From assembly GCF_030028105.1 (NCBI RefSeq), contig NC_092379.1, positions 27,211,821 through 27,275,820 on the forward strand: DNA of 64,000 nt. The letters are read 5' to 3'. The DNA is from Mobula birostris (taxonomy: Eukaryota). A model generated the notes under the pieces. It ran no database searches. It worked only from the letters and a program-made list of their open reading frames with translations, and was not told the DNA's origin. A program made the translations under genes and the position numbers. Numbering within the stretch: position 1 is the first letter of the stretch; the number at the start of each line of letters is the position of its first letter. This document shows positions 39,446-53,890 of the stretch, in pieces.

Positions 39446-42400
39446 AGAACATAGAATAGTGCAGCACAGTACAGGCCCTTCGGGCCACAATGTTCTACCG
39501 GCCCTAAAACCCTGCCTCTCTTATAAAACCCATCTTAAATTCCTCCATATACCTGTTTAGTAGTCTCTTAGGTTCACTAGTGTATCTGCCTCCACCACTG
39601 ACGGAGACAGTGCATTCCACGCACCAGTGCGCATGCGCCGGTCATGCATGCAGCCTGGGACAGCCGTTCCTATCTATTATTTTACTTTCTTCTTATTACG
39701 TTTAATTTACGTTATTTTTTTGTATTTTTTTTTCTCACGGTAACACGTCGAAGCAGCACCCTCTCTAATATGCTGGTAGAGAGAGCTTTATTTGGGTTAT
39801 CTTCAGCGCTGGAAATGGATACATCCCGACACGCGGGACAGAAGCAAGGTCGCATTGTGTATTCCACGGACCAACAAAGACCGGCCGGCTTAGCGGCAGA
39901 CACCCCTGCTGAAATGCGGAGGAAAATACACAGAAGATGCAGAGGGGGATCACAAAGCCGAGGAAAGAGCACCGGGTCGAGACAACAGAGACTTTTGGAG
40001 AGGAGTTAGAGTTCGGTGGGTAATACCGTTCCGGCTGACCGGAAGTGCACAGAGAGCGGTAAGCGTGCAGGATTTGGGAGCTTACTGAACCGGCTAACAA
40101 CGAATGGTTTAATGCCGGGGTATATTACGATCGAGGAACGTGTTTTCAGACTGGATATTGAAGTTTTTTTCTGTTGGACTTCGACCACATTCCACAGTGA
40201 TACAACACTTGACGACACGGGAGGTCGTTCCTGCCTGTGGCCATCGAAAGTGCAGCTCCTCCCGTGGAGGGTCAGACACCCTGAGCCAATAGACTGGTCC
40301 TGGACTTATTTTCCATCTGGCATAGTTTGAATTTTGTTGTTTGACTTTTGTTTTTTTTTTTTTTTTTTTTTTTTTGTATTGCTATACTTAGGCTCTATTC
40401 TTGGTTGGTGCGGCTGTAACGAAACCAAATTTCCCTTGGGATTAATAAGCATATCTATTTATCTATCTATCTATCTATCTATCTAAAACCACTCTCTGAG
40501 TAAAAAAAAAAAACAAAAACTTTCTCTAATATCCCCCTTAAACATCCCACCCCTTACCTTAAAGCCATTCCATCTTGTTTTGAGCAGTGGTGCTCTGGGG
40601 AAGAAGCGCTGGCTATCCACACTATCTATTCCTCTTATTACCTTGTACATCTCTATCATGTCTCCTCTCAGCCTCCTTCTCTCCAAAGAGTAAAGTCCAG
40701 CTCCCTTAATCTCTGATCATAATCTATACTTTCTAAACCAGGTAGCATCCTGTTAAATCTCCTCTGTACCCTTTCCAATGTTTCCACATCCTTCCTATAG
40801 TGAGGCGACCAGAAGTGGACACAGTACTACAAGTGTGGCCGAAACAGAGTGTTATAGAGCTGCATCATTACATCGCGGCTCTTAATCTCTACCCTCAAAT
40901 TATAAAAGCGAACACCCCATAAGCTTTCTTGACTTCCGTATCCACCTGTGAGGCCACTTTCAGGGATATGTAGACATGTACCCCCAGATCCCTCTGCTCC
41001 TCCACACTTCCAAGTACCGTACCGTTTACATTGTGTTCTGCCTTGGAGTTTGTCCTTCCAAAGTGTACCACCTCACACTTCTCCGGGTTGATCTCCATCT
41101 GCCACTTCTCAGCCCACTTCTGCATCCTATCAATGTCTTTCTGAAATCTTCGACAATCCTCTACATTATTTACAATACCACCAACCTTTGTGTCGTCTGC
41201 AATCTTGCCAACCCACTCTTCTACACCCACATCCAGATCGTTAATAACAATCACGAAAAGTAGTGGTCCCAGAACAGATCCTTGTGGGACACCATTAGTC
41301 ACATTACTACAATCTGAATGTACTCCCTCCACCACGATCCTCTGCCTTCTGCAGGCAAGCCAATTCCGAATACACCTGGCCAACCTTCTCTGGAACCCAT
41401 GCCTTCTGAATTTCTGAATAAGCCTACCGTGTGGAACCTTGTCAAATGCCTTACTGACATCTATATAGATCATATCCACTGCACTACCCTCATATATATG
41501 CCTGGTCAACTCCTCAAAGAAATCTATCAGGATTGTTAGACTCAATCTGCCTTCACAAAGCCATGCTGACTGTCCCTGATCAGACCATGATTCTCTAAAT
41601 GCCCATAGATCCTACCTCTAAGAATATATTCCAACAGTTTTCCCACCACAGACGTAAGGCTCACTGGTCTATAATTATCCGGACTATACCTACAATTTTT
41701 TTTTTTTTTTTTTTTAGTAGGGGGCAACATTCGCCTCCCTACCATACTCCGCTACCATTCCCGTGGACAAATAGGACATGAAGCTCCTTGCCAGAGGCTC
41801 AGCGATCTCTTCCCTCGCCTGATGCAGCAGCCTGGGGAATTTTCCGTCAGAGCCCAGGTTACTATCCGTCCCAATATATTTTAACAACTCCAACACCTCC
41901 TCTTCCTGAATATCAACATAGTCCAGAACTTCAACCTCACTCATATTGTCCTCGCCGACATCAAGTTCCCTCTCATTGGTGAATACCGAAGAGAAATATT
42001 CATTGAGGACCTCGCTCACTTCCACAGCTTGCAGGCACATCTTCCTACCTTTATTTCTAATCTATCCTAGCTCAACTCCTGTCATTCTTTTTCTTTTCTT
42101 CACATAATTGAAGGATGCCTTAGGGTTTTCCTTTACCTTACTCGCCAAGGTCTTCTCATGCCCCCTTCTTGCTCTTCTCAGGCCCTTCTTAAGCTCCTTT
42201 CTTGCTTCCATATATTCCTCAATAGACCCATTTGTTTGTAGCTTCCTAAACCTCATGTATGCTGCCTTCTTTCACCTGACTAGATTTTCGACCTCACTTG
42301 TCACTTATGTGTCCTTCACCCTACCATTCTTTATCTTCCTCACCGGGACAAAATTATCCCTAACATCCTGGAACAGCTGTCTAACCATCGACCACATGTC

Positions 42401-43020
42401 TATAGTCAATTTCCCTGCATCCCAATTCCCACGCGCAAGTTCTAGCCTTATAGCCTCATAATTTTCCCTCCCCAATTAAAAATTGTCCTGTCCTCTCTGA
42501 TTTTATCATTTTCCATAATAATGCTAAAGGCCAGTGAGCGGTGGTCACTGTCCCCTAGATGCCCACCCTCTTAGATATCTGTGACCTGACCCGGTTCATT
42601 ACCTAGTACTAGTTCTGGTATGGCATTCCCCCTAGCCGACCTGTGCACATACTGTGACAGGAATCCGTCCAGGACACACTTAACAAACTCTGCCCCATCT
42701 AAACCCTTGGAACTAATCAGGTGCAATCAATATTAGGGATGATGAAGTTATCCATGATAACAACCCTGTTATTTTTCACCTTTCCAAAATCTGCTTCCGA
42801 ATCTACTCCTCTGTATCTCTGCTGCTACCAGGGGGCCTATATAATACCCCCAATACAGTAACTTCTCCCTTCCTGTTCCTGAATTCCATCTGTAATGACT
42901 CAAAAGTGGATTCTGCTACATTTTCCCCCTTTCCGTTGCTGTAATAGTGTCCCTGACCAGTAATGCCAACCCATCCTCACTTCCCCCGCGCATCCCAATT
43001 AAAGCACTGATAGGATAGGC
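39446..43020 (-). mobile_element. CR1 LINE (3' end plus RT), interrupted by a Rex-type insertion at ~39626-40486
   Basis: ORF 40895-41545 carries RT motifs DVSKAFDKVPH, GVPQGSVLGPLLF and IADDTKVGG. The tail gtgcattccacgcacc...accactctctgagt is split by the insert. Confidence 0.9.
39626..40486 (+). mobile_element. Rex1/Babar-like non-LTR-derived element ending in a (TATC)n tail
   Basis: 3' end ctgtaacgaaaccaaatttcccttgggattaataag followed by (TATC)n at 40452-40484. Inserted into the CR1 tail. Confidence 0.55.
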
Positions 43021-43049
43021 AGTATGGAGTAAATGAGGTGCTCGAGGAA

Positions 43050-46000
43050 TATGAAGATTGAAAGAAAGGAATCTTAAGAAAGAAATTAGAAAAACTCAAA
43101 AAAGATACGAGGTTGCTTCGGCAAGTAAGGTGAAAATAATTCCAAGGGGTTTCTACAATTATATTAATAGCATAAGGATAGTTAGGAATAAAAATGGTCC
43201 CTTAGAGAATCAGAATGGACAGCTATGTGCGGAACCAAAGGAGATGGGGGAGATTTTGAACTTTTTTTTTATTATTTTGGTATTCACTAAGAAGAAGGAT
43301 ATTGAATTGGGTAAGATAAGGGAAACAAGTAGGGAAGTAAAGGAAAATATTATGCTTAAAGAATAGGAAGTACTGGTGTTTTTTAAGAAATATAAAAAAT
43401 GTTAATTCTCTGGGTCCTAACAGGATATTCCCTAGGACCTTATGGGAAGTTTGTGTAGAAATAGCAGAGGCTGTGCCAGAAATATATCAAATGTAATTAG
43501 AAAAGGGGATGGTGCCGCAGGATTAGCATATCGCTCATGTTGTTCCATTGTTTAAAAAGAGTTCTAAGAGTAAACCTAGCAATAATCGGCATGTGAATTT
43601 GACGTCAGTGGTGCGTAAATTGTTAGAAAGTATTTTTAGAGATGGTATTTATAATCATCTGCATATCCAGGGTCTGATTAGGAATAGTTAACGGGGATTT
43701 GTGCGTGGAAACTCATATTTGACAAATCCTATTGAATGTTTAGATTATGAAGACACGCAGTCCTCTTTTATTGTCATCCACCTAGGCATGCATTAAGAAA
43801 TGATACAATATTTCCCCCGTTTGATATCACAAAACAGAGGGAAAAAAAATAACAAAACCACAAAAGAACAACATATCATTACAACAGTGCAACAATGCCA
43901 TAACTTGATGAAGAAGTCCATGACCACAGTAAAAGTTCAAAGTCTCTCAAATGTCCCACATCTCAGGCAGACGGGAGAAGGAAGAAAAACTCTCCCAGGC
44001 ATTCCCGACCACGGTCCGACTGTGAGTCATCCGAAAACTTCGAGCTCTGATCAGCTCTCCGACACCGAGTACTGAGCGCCATCTCTATCCGAACGATTCG
44101 ACTTCCTTCTCGGTCGCCAACAGAAAGCAAAGCCGGGGATTTTGACGCCTTGCCTCCGAAAGATTCCCGACGGCACAGTAACGACAGTAGCGAACGAGCG
44201 TTTCAGATTTTTTTTTTCTCCAGCTGTTCCTCTGTTCAATCCCGTTCCTCTCCATCAAATTAAAATTGTCCACGGCCCCTGTTTAACGGATACGATATCA
44301 TGTTTCACCTGAGGGCTGCGCACGCGCAGCACGCTGTTTTCTCTCCTCCCGCTTTTTGAAGAGGTTACTAGGAAAGTTGACGAGGGTAACGTGGTGGATG
44401 CTGTCCATATGGACTTCAGTAAGGCCTTTGAAAAGGTTCACCACGGAAGGTTAGTTAGGAAGGTTCAAACGTTAGGTATAAATATTGAAGTAGTAAAGTG
44501 GATTCAACAGTGGCTGGATGGGAGACAACAAAATGTAGTAGTGGATAACTGTTCGTTAGATTGGAGGCCGGTGACTAGTGGTGTGTGTCAGGGATCTGTA
44601 CTGGGTCCAATCTTAATGATATGGATGATGGGGTGGTAATTTGGATTAGTAGGTATGCAGATCATAGAAAGATAGGTGAGGTTGTCGATAATGAAGTAGG
44701 TTTTCCAAGCTTGCAGAGAGATTTAGGCCAGTTAGAAGAGTGGGCTGCCAAATGGCAGACGGATTTTTTTGCAGATAAATGTGAGGTACTACCTTTTGGA
44801 AACACTCATCAAAATAGGACATGCATGGTAAATGGTAGGTCATTGGAGAATGCAGTAGAATAAAGGGATATAGGAATAGTGGTGCATAATTCCTTGGTGG
44901 AATCTCATGTGAATTGGGTGGTGAAGAAAGGTGGCATTTGCAAAATCAGAGCATTGAGTATAGGAGTTGCATGTATTGTTAAAATTGTACAAGGCATAGG
45001 CAAGGCCAGGGGTCCAAAACTTTGTTGCACTGCAGACCAGTTTAATATTGACAATATCCTTGTGGACCGGCCGACCCTTGTGGGGGGGGGGGGGGGTAGG
45101 ATTGCCAACGCACAAGAGTAGCAGTCCAATATGTTGTGTTTACCCAGTAAGATCACAACTACCATGAAGCCTTGCGTGGGCACCAGTGCGCATGCGTGTG
45201 CCTGCCGATTTTTTTTTTTCTTTCTCCTCTGCAAATCGGTTTTGTCCATTCTGTTCGGTGGAGGGGGGGGTGGGGGATGTGCTTGCGCTAATCACGACTG
45301 GGATATACGTGATAGGTGGCTAATATACACAATTTCTTTTCTAAATGGGTTTATCTAACGAATTTAATATTAAACACACAGCGCACATTTCCCTTGCATG
45401 AATATAGTGATAAGTCAATTATGGGGGAGGCCGGGGTGCTTGAAGTAAGTGTTGAACGAAGTTCCAGTAGAAGTGGCAGAACCAGGTTCGATATTATCAT
45501 TTAACGAAAAAAATGGACAGGTATATGGACAGGGATGGAATGGAGGGTTATGGGCTGAGTGCAGGTCGGTGGGACTAGGTGAGAGTAGAGTTCGGCACGG
45601 ACGATAAGTACCGAGATGGTCTGTTACCGTGCTGTAACTGTTATATGGTTATATAAATAAGTCAATAGCATCATAAAATTTAAAGTAACGTTTGGATATT
45701 AAACACACTGTACGTATTTTCCCCGTATGAATATATAAAATCATTGCAACACACCAATATCGCTGAATCAATGGAAGCCCTGTGCTTGTTTCCATGGAAC
45801 AAAAAGGTCCTATCGAGGGGTGATGGGAGACAGCGATACTCGAGCGGGGTTCCTTATGTCCCGTCAATACCGCAATTTAGTTTTCGTTGCATTTATTGCA
45901 GTGATATCTTGGAAATTGAAACAGCGTTTGCGGTGTTTTCCTTGCCATCCTGATCCGGAATGCGGGCACAGATATTATGTCAAAAATACTTTCCAGCCAG

Positions 46001-46795
46001 CCATCATTTGTAAGCTCGAGGAGTTGATCTCCTTCCCGCACTGAAATGGACGACGCGCGGGTAATGACCTTGCATGCGTTCAAGCTCCACACTGGGCGTG
46101 ACATGGAATGAAGAAAGGTGCGGCTGACTCATATCGCCAAATGATATTATTTCCTCGCGGTCCAGTAGCGCATGCTCTGTTGCTCGGTACTGGTCCGCGG
46201 CCCGGAGGTTGGGGACCGATGGGTAAGGCCCCATTTGGAGTATTGTGTACAGTTCTTGTCACCGAATTGTAGGAAACATGTCAACAAAATAGAGACAGTA
46301 CAGAGAAGATGTACGAAAATGTTACCTGGATTTCAGCACCTAAGTTACAGGGGAAGGTAGAACAAGTTGTTCTTTTTTTTTCCTTCTTTGAAGCGGAGAA
46401 GGTTGAGGGGGGACTTAATGGAGGCATTTAAAATTCTGAGGGGTATAGATATAGTTGACGTGGAAAGGCTTTTTCCGTTGGGAGTAGGGGAGATTCAAAC
46501 AACAGGACATGAGTTGAGAGTGACGGGGCATATGTTTAGGTGTTTCATGATGTGGAACTTCTTTACTCAGAGAGTGGTAGCTGTGTGGAACTAGTTTCCA
46601 GCAGAAGTGGTAGACGCAGGTTCGATATTGTCATTTAAAGTAAAATTGGATAGCTATATGGACAGTAAAGGAATGGAAGGTTATGGGCTGAGTGCAGATC
46701 GGTGGGACTAAGTGAGAGTAAGGGTTTGACATGTCCTAGAAGGGACGAGATGGCCTTTTTCCGTGCTGTAATTGTTATATGGTTATATGGAGTAA
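43050..46795 (+). mobile_element. CR1 LINE (RT to 3' end), interrupted twice (~43741-44356 unclassified repeat; 45007-46221 hAT)
   Basis: VDAVHMDFSKAFEKVHHGRL, GVCQGSVLGP, VRPHLEYCVQF and RRLRGDLMEAFKI motifs. The CR1 sequence reads continuously across both insertions. Confidence 0.8.
45007..46221. mobile_element. Non-autonomous hAT-type element with 8-bp TSD
   Basis: TIRs caggggtcc (45007) and ggaccgatg (46213-46221, 7/9 to the reverse complement). Flanks ggcaaggc (44999-45006) and ggtaaggc (46222-46229). Confidence 0.75.
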
Positions 46796-47039
46796 GGAGA
46801 ATTATAGAGGCATGAGAGAAACAAAGGCGGAGTTGCACAGATTTGATTGGAACAGATCATTCGTAGAGATGATGGAGGTGAAAGAGAGCTCCGGACCGCT
46901 GGAAAAGCGTTGCTGTAGAGGTGAAACGAAATGGCGTACATATTGAAAAGAATAATTTGCATCTGTTTTCACTGTTGAAGACATTAACAGGATAGTACAA
47001 TTTCCTTGCGCTAGCTGCAATAAAGGGTATGAAGTTACC

Positions 47040-48490
47040 ATTATAAGAAATAAAGTATTTGGGAAACTAAAAGTTCTGAAGAGAGATAAGTCACATGGAC
47101 CAGATGTTGTACACCCGGGTGTTCTGAAACTGGTGACTAAAGAGATTGTGGTGTGATGATTTATGATATTTCAAGAAGCTCTATATTTTCTCATCGTTCT
47201 GAAAGACAGCAAAATTGAAAATGTCACTCCGCTCTAAAAGAAGTGGGAGAGGCAGAGTAATGGAAATTGCAGGCTTGCTAGTCTGCCTTCTGTCGTTAGG
47301 AATAGGTTGAATTTGATTGCTGACGGTATGATTTCGTGGTACCGAGGCACATGATAAAATCGGCAGGGTAGTCATGACTTCCTGATGGGAAATTATTCTC
47401 TCACAAATCTGTTAGTACTCTTTGAATATACAGCAAGCAGGAAAGGCAATGGAGAATCGCTCGAATTAGTTTATTTCGAACTTTCAGAACGCACGTGGCA
47501 AGCCATCACACGTGAGGCTGCTTTGTCAGCTACAACCCCATGGGATTACTTCGCAAATTTTAATATGGCTTAAACGTTGGCTGACTATTAGGACGAAAAT
47601 AATGTCGCTGACTGGAGGTCTTCAACAGGGGAGTGTGTTGGAACCGATTATGTTTAAGTTTGGTGATAATGTCGTGGAATATAGAAATGTTGTCTTTGCT
47701 GGAACGTTTGCAGCTGATACGAAGATTGGTAGTCGGACAAGTTTCAGGAAGCAGATAGGCTGCAGAAGGACTTAGGCAGATTAACAGAAAAGGCAACGAA
47801 GGGACGGATGGAAATAAATGTAAGCTATCAGGAAATAATTGGTTTGAGTATTTTCTAAATCGAAGGACAATACATATCAAATATTTGGACAAAGGAAATA
47901 GGAAATGCTTGTACAAGATTCCCTGAAGGTTAATAGGCACGTTAAGCTTGCGATAAGGAAAACAATTTTTCCTCCTAATCCTAATTCTCCTCCTTTACGT
48001 TGGAGAGGGTACAGAGAAGATTCACTAGAATGATTCCGGGAATGAGAAGGTTAACATATGAGGAACGTGTGTGTGCTCTTGGACTGTATTCCTTAGAGTT
48101 TAGAAGAATGAGGAGAGACCTCATAGAAACATTTGGAATGTTGAAAGGCATGCACAGAGTGGATGTGGCAAAGTTGTTTCCCATGATGGGGGAGTCTAGT
48201 ACGAGAGGGCATGACTTAAGGATTGAAGGGCGCCTATTCAGAACAGAAATGGAAAGATTTTTTTTTTGGCAGAGGGTGGTGAATCTATGGAATGTGTTGC
48301 CACAGGCAGCAGTGGAGGCCAAGTGATTGGGTGTATTTAAAGGCAGAGATTGATAAGTATCTGAGTAGCCAGAGTATCAAAGGTTATGGTGAGATGGCGG
48401 GGGAGTGGGACTAAATGGGAGAATGGATCAGCTCATGATAAAATGGCGGAGCAGACTCGACTGGCCGAATGGCCGACTTCCGCTCCTTTG
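47040..48490 (+). mobile_element. CR1 LINE RT/3' remnant
   Basis: GGLQQGSVLEP, FAADTKIG and ERVQRRFTRMIPGM...RRMRRDLIETF motifs, ending in a CR1-type tail. Confidence 0.8.
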
Positions 48491-48559
48491 TCTTTTGGTT
48501 TTATGTCAAATGCGACATTCACATTCGTTTTAACAAGACAGAATATAAAAAAACAAGAA

Positions 48560-49135
48560 TGTAATGTTCAGATATTATTAGGTACTGATGAAGCGTCACG
48601 GAGCATTATGAGCAGCTTTGGGCCCCGTATCTTAGAAAGGAAAGGACGTGCTGAAACTGAAAGTGTTGTAACGGTGTTTTCGAAACTCACTCCAGGTGTG
48701 AACGTCTTGGCATATGAGGACCGTTTAATGATCCTGGGTCTCTAGTGACAGGAATTCAAAAGAAAGACGTGTGATCACATTGAAATCAGTGGAATGTTGA
48801 AAACCTTGATGAAGCGGGTATGGGGGAGATGCTTGCCTTGCTGGAAGAATATCGGACAAGAGGAATGAACTCTAAATAAAGGATGTACTTTTAGAAAGAA
48901 GATGAGAAGGATTTTTTTTCGCCAGAAAGTGATGACGCTGCTATAAATCTTAGCCATTGGAAACCGTGGAGGCTAAGGCAGTATTTATATTTAAGATAAA
49001 ATATTTACATATAATTAATTAATCATGATTTTAGGCAAACGGGCAGAAGAAAGGAGACTGGGGCTGAGAGGGAAATTCAATCAGCCATTATGAAATTCGG
49101 CTGCAGACTCGATTCTCCTCCAAATCCTAATTCTC
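48560..49135 (+). mobile_element. CR1 LINE 3' fragment (more decayed)
   Basis: LAYEDRLMILGL motif and a tail similar to the 48000-48490 copy. Confidence 0.55.
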
Positions 49136-49189
49136 CCCCTATATATTAATTGCAGAAGAGCGGATGCGTTATATGTTTTCAGCCGCGGG

Positions 49190-52100
49190 AAGAGTTTAAA
49201 AGCGAGCAGAGTTGAAAAGGTCACGGTTATTTCATCAGCGTTAGAACGGGGCAGGACTGCGCAAGCTCTTGGATGACGGCCAGTGAGAACAGCTGGAAGA
49301 GTTTAAAAGTTAAACAGCTTTACAGAGCGGGATTGGAGCAACGGGCGTCGGAGTAGTGGGAACCAGAGTAGGAATATTTTGGATCAACGGAGCCTCGGCG
49401 ATAAAGGGTCGAGGCTCGGCAGTTTACCTGTTTATCTGACGACAGAAACTATGTGTCGTCACGTACGGGAGAGAGAAGAAAGAGAAGATGGTGGCGCGAC
49501 ACAGTGCGCATGGCCGTTCCGAATGAATATCGATATGTGTAAATCGGGGTGCCGTGCACAATCCGGATTTGATGGACATAGCCGTGAGAAGCACAAAGAA
49601 ACATCTGGCGATACTTCTGAAATGCCTGCTTCGCTGCCGCTGCTACTGTGTGATCGAGAATCTCCGGAAACGAAGGCCCCAAATCTTCGGCATTGCGTAT
49701 CGCCTGTTGCCGTGCCGGGGTCGAAACGCTCAGCAGAGTTGTTGGTCGGTGCATCGGTGTCGGAGAGCTTGTCGGAGGCTCGGAGTTTTCAGATGGACTC
49801 GGAGTCGGACTGTGGTCGAATGATTCCGGTATGTTGCATCGGCAAGTTGATGGCGCTGGAGGTTTAACGTCTGCGTGAGATGATGGGACTTCCGAAAGAC
49901 TACGAGATTTTTACTGTGTAATTGTCTGTTCTGATCAAATTACGGCATTGCTTTGCACTGTTGTTATAATATGTTAAAAGTCTGGGGTTGTTTTGTTAGT
50001 TTTTAAGTCGGTTTGACATGTGTTTTCGAAATATCATTCTGGAAAAGAAATATCATTTCTTAATGCATGCATTACTAAACGACAATAAAAGGGGACTGCG
50101 TTTCCTCATAATCATAATAATAATAATCATAATGTGTGTAAGACCGGTTATCTGTACTCGGTGTCAGATGTCGGAGGTCCAGGAGACTCCCGGCCTCCCG
50201 GACCCCCATACCTGCACCAGGTGTGTCGAGCTGCAGCTCCTTAGGGAACGCGTTCGGAAACTTGAGCCGCAGTTCGATGGCCTTCGTTCGGTCAGGGAGA
50301 GTCAGGAGGTGATAAAGAGGACTAATAGGCAAGTAGTCACGCCGGGACCACAGGAGACAGATAAGAGGGCTATCAGGAGACGAAAGTGCAAGGAGCAAGT
50401 ACTAGAGAGTACCCCAGTGGCGGTATCCTTGAAAAATGAAAATTCTTGACTGAATATTGCTGGGGATGGCGGGGGGGGCCGTCCTAACTTGGGGAAGTGT
50501 TGTGGTTGCCCCCTGGCAAAAATCTGACCCTGTGTTTCAGAAGGGTAGGGAAGGGAAGATGATTGCAGCACTGATAAGGGCCTCTATAATTAGGGGGTCA
50601 GAATAGCGATTCTGTGGACGCAGAAATGAAACGCGGATGGTAGTTTGCCTCCCAGGTGCCACAGGCCGGGATGTTTCTGATCGCGTCCACGATATCGAAG
50701 TGGAAAGGAGAACAGCCAGGCGTCGTGGTACATATTGGTGCCAACGACTTAAGCAGGAAAAAGGAGGAGGTCCTGTTAACAGACTACAGGCAGTAAGGAA
50801 CGAAGTTGAGAAGCAGGACCTCAAAAGCAGCAACCTCGGGATTACTACCAGTACCACGTGACAGCGAATATAGGAATAGAATGAGGTGGAGTATAAATGC
50901 GTGGCTGACAGTTTGGAGCAAGGAACAGCCATTCAGATTTCTGGATCATTGGGAACTCCTCTGGAGCAGGTGTGGCCTGTACAAAAAGGACGTGTTGCAC
51001 TGGAATTCGAGGGCACCAATATCCTCGCGGGAAGTTTTGCAAAGGAAATTGTTCAGAGTATAAACTAGAATGGGTGCGGGGGGGGGGCTGTGACAACGGA
51101 ACTGAAGTGACGGAGGAAAGAGAGGTTGGTTCTCAAATAGAGAAAGCTTAGAGACAGTGCGAAAGGGAGGATTAGCTGCTGGTAGAGAAGGGGCGTGCTC
51201 AGTCCGATGGTTTGAGATGTGTCCATTTTAATGCCAGGAGACCAATGAATAAAGCGGATGAGCTTAGAACGTTCATCAGTACTTGGTGCTATGATGTTGT
51301 GGCCATTACAGAGACCTGGATGGTGCAGGGTAAGAAATGGCTACTTCAAGTTCCAGACTTTAAACGTTTCAGAAAGACTAGCGGGGGGGGCAAAGGAAGT
51401 GGGTATGTGGCACTGTCGATCTGAGCTAGTTTCACGGCTGCAGAAAAGGAAGTCAAGGAGGGGTTGTCTACGTAGTCTTTGTGGGTTGCATTTAGGAATA
51501 GGAAGGGGTCAATATTTCTACTGGGTGTTTTTATAGACTACCCAATAGTGATGGGGACATCAAGGAGCAGATAGGGAAACAGATCCAGTGATAATAAAAG
51601 TGTTGTTGTGGTGTGAGATTTTACTTTCCCAAATATTGATTGGCAACTTCCTAGAGTGAGGGGTTTAGATGGGGTAAAATTTGTTAGGTGTATTCAGGAA
51701 GGTTTCTTGACAAAATATGTAGATACGCCCACAGAGGCTGTACTTGATCTCGTATTCGGAACTGAAACTGGTCCGGTGACAAGTCTCTCTGTGTGAGAGC
51801 ATTTTGGAGATAGTGATCTCAATTCTATCTCCTTTACCAGAGGAATTAGAACAGACAAGTTAGGGAACCGTTTAATTGGAGTAAGTGATCTATCAGGCAG
51901 AAACTTAGAAGCAGATGTTCTCTGGGAACATTATGGAAGAAAAGTGGCAAATGTTCAGGAGATATTTGTGTGGGGTTCTACGTAGGTACATTCCATGAGA
52001 CATGGAATGGATGGTAGGGTCCGTCGTGTGAAAAGGCTGTTATAAATTTAGTTCGAAGAAAACAAGAGCTTACGAATGTTCCAAAAAACTAGGTAAAGTT

Positions 52101-53890
52101 AGGAATCTGGAAGATAAGAAGGCTAGCAGGAAGGAACTTAAGAATGAAATTAGGAAAGCCAGAAGGGGCCATGAGAGAACATTGGTGGACAGGATTAAGG
52201 ACAGGCCCAAGGTATTACAAGTATGTGAAGGGCAAGAGAATAAGACGTGAGGGAATAGGACCGATCAAGTGTGACAGAGAAGTAGAGCGTATGGGGCCGG
52301 AAGACGTAGCGGGAGCTACTTAATGAATGTTTTGATTCAGTATCCACTACGGAAAATGATCTCGGCTATTTTAAGTATGACTTGCTGTGGACTGACAAGC
52401 TTGAGGTTGTTTATATTAAGGAAGAGGATCGGGCGGGATGTACCCCAGTCTTTTGTGGGAAGCGGGGGAGGAGATTGCTGAACCTTTGACAATGATCTAT
52501 GCGTCTTCAGTGAGGGCGGACGGGGCTCCAGAGGACTGAGGTGTTCAGGATTTTTTTTTTACTTTTTACTCACAGGGAATAGGGATAGCCCAAGAAATTA
52601 TAGGCCAGTGAACCTTAATTCAGTGGTTGGTAAGTTGATGGAGAAGATGCCTAGAGGGAAGATTTTTGAATATTTGGAGAGGCATAATATGATTAGGAAT
52701 AGTCAGCATGGCTTTGTCAAAGACAGTCGTGCATTACGAGCCTGATTGGAGTATTTGAGGATGTGACTATACACATGATAAAGGTAGAGCCGTAGAATTA
52801 GCGTATATAGATTTTAGCAAAGGAATAAGGTACTCCATCGAAGGCTTATTGAGAACGTAAAGAGGTATCGGATCAAAGGGTACATGGCTTTGTAGATCCA
52901 GAACTGTCTTTCCCACAGAAGGCAAAGAGTGGTTGTGGACGGATCATATTCTGCATGGCAGCCAGTGACCAGTGTGTGCGTCAGGGATCTATTCCGTGAC
53001 CCGTACTCTTTATGACTTTTATGATTATCTTGGATGAGGAACTGGTAGAATGGGTTAGTAAATTTATTGATGACACAAAGGTTGGGGAGGTTGCGGATAG
53101 TGTGGAGTGCTGTCAGATATTCCAATGGGACATTGATAGGATGCAAAACTGTGCTGAGAAGTGGCAGGTGGACTTCAAACCATGTAAGTGTGAGATTGTT
53201 CATTTTGGTAGGTCAAGTATGATGGTAGAATATAGCATTAATTGTAAGTTCTTGGAAGTGTGCAAGTTTAAAAGCATTCTGGGGATCAGAGTCCATAGGA
53301 CTCTCAAAGCTGCTACAGAGGTTGACTTTATGGCCTTCATCAATCGTGGGACTGAGTTTAAGAGCTGAGAGGAAATGTTGCAAATATAAGGGACCCTGGT
53401 CAGACCCCACTTTGAGTACTGTGCTAAATTCTGGTGCCTCACTACAAGAAGGACGTAGAAACTACAGAAAGGGTGCAGAGGAGATTTACAGGGATTTTGC
53501 CTGTATTGGGATAATCCCTTATGGGAATAGTTTGAGTGAACTCGGCCCTTTCTCCTTGTGCGACGGAGGATGAGAGGTGACCTGATGGAGTTGTAAAAGA
53601 TAATGAGAGACATTGATCGTGTAGATAGTCAGAGGCTCTTCCCCAGGGCTGAAATAGCTAGCACGAGAGGGCATCTTTTTAACGTGCTTCGAAGTGGGTA
53701 CAGAGGAGTTATCAGGTGAACATTTTTTTTCCGCAGAGAGTGGTGGGTAAGTGGAATGGGCCGGCGGCGGCGGTTATGGAGGCGGAAACGAAGAGACTCA
53801 TGGAGCTTCGAAATGTTGAGGGCTATGGGTAAGCCCTAGGTAGTTCTATGGTAGGGACATGTTCGACACAGCTTTGTGGGCCGAAGGGAC
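49190..53890 (+). mobile_element. Near full-length degenerate CR1 LINE (5' UTR, ORF1 with esterase-like domain, ORF2 endonuclease and RT, 3' tail), with a ~0.5 kb unclassified insertion near 49470-49975
   Basis: CTRCVELQLLRERVRKLE (ORF1), VVCLPGATGRDVSDRV (esterase-like), RCVHFNARR..NKADELR...VVAITETW (endonuclease), WVSKFIDDTKVG (RT). Many stops and frameshifts. Confidence 0.85.
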
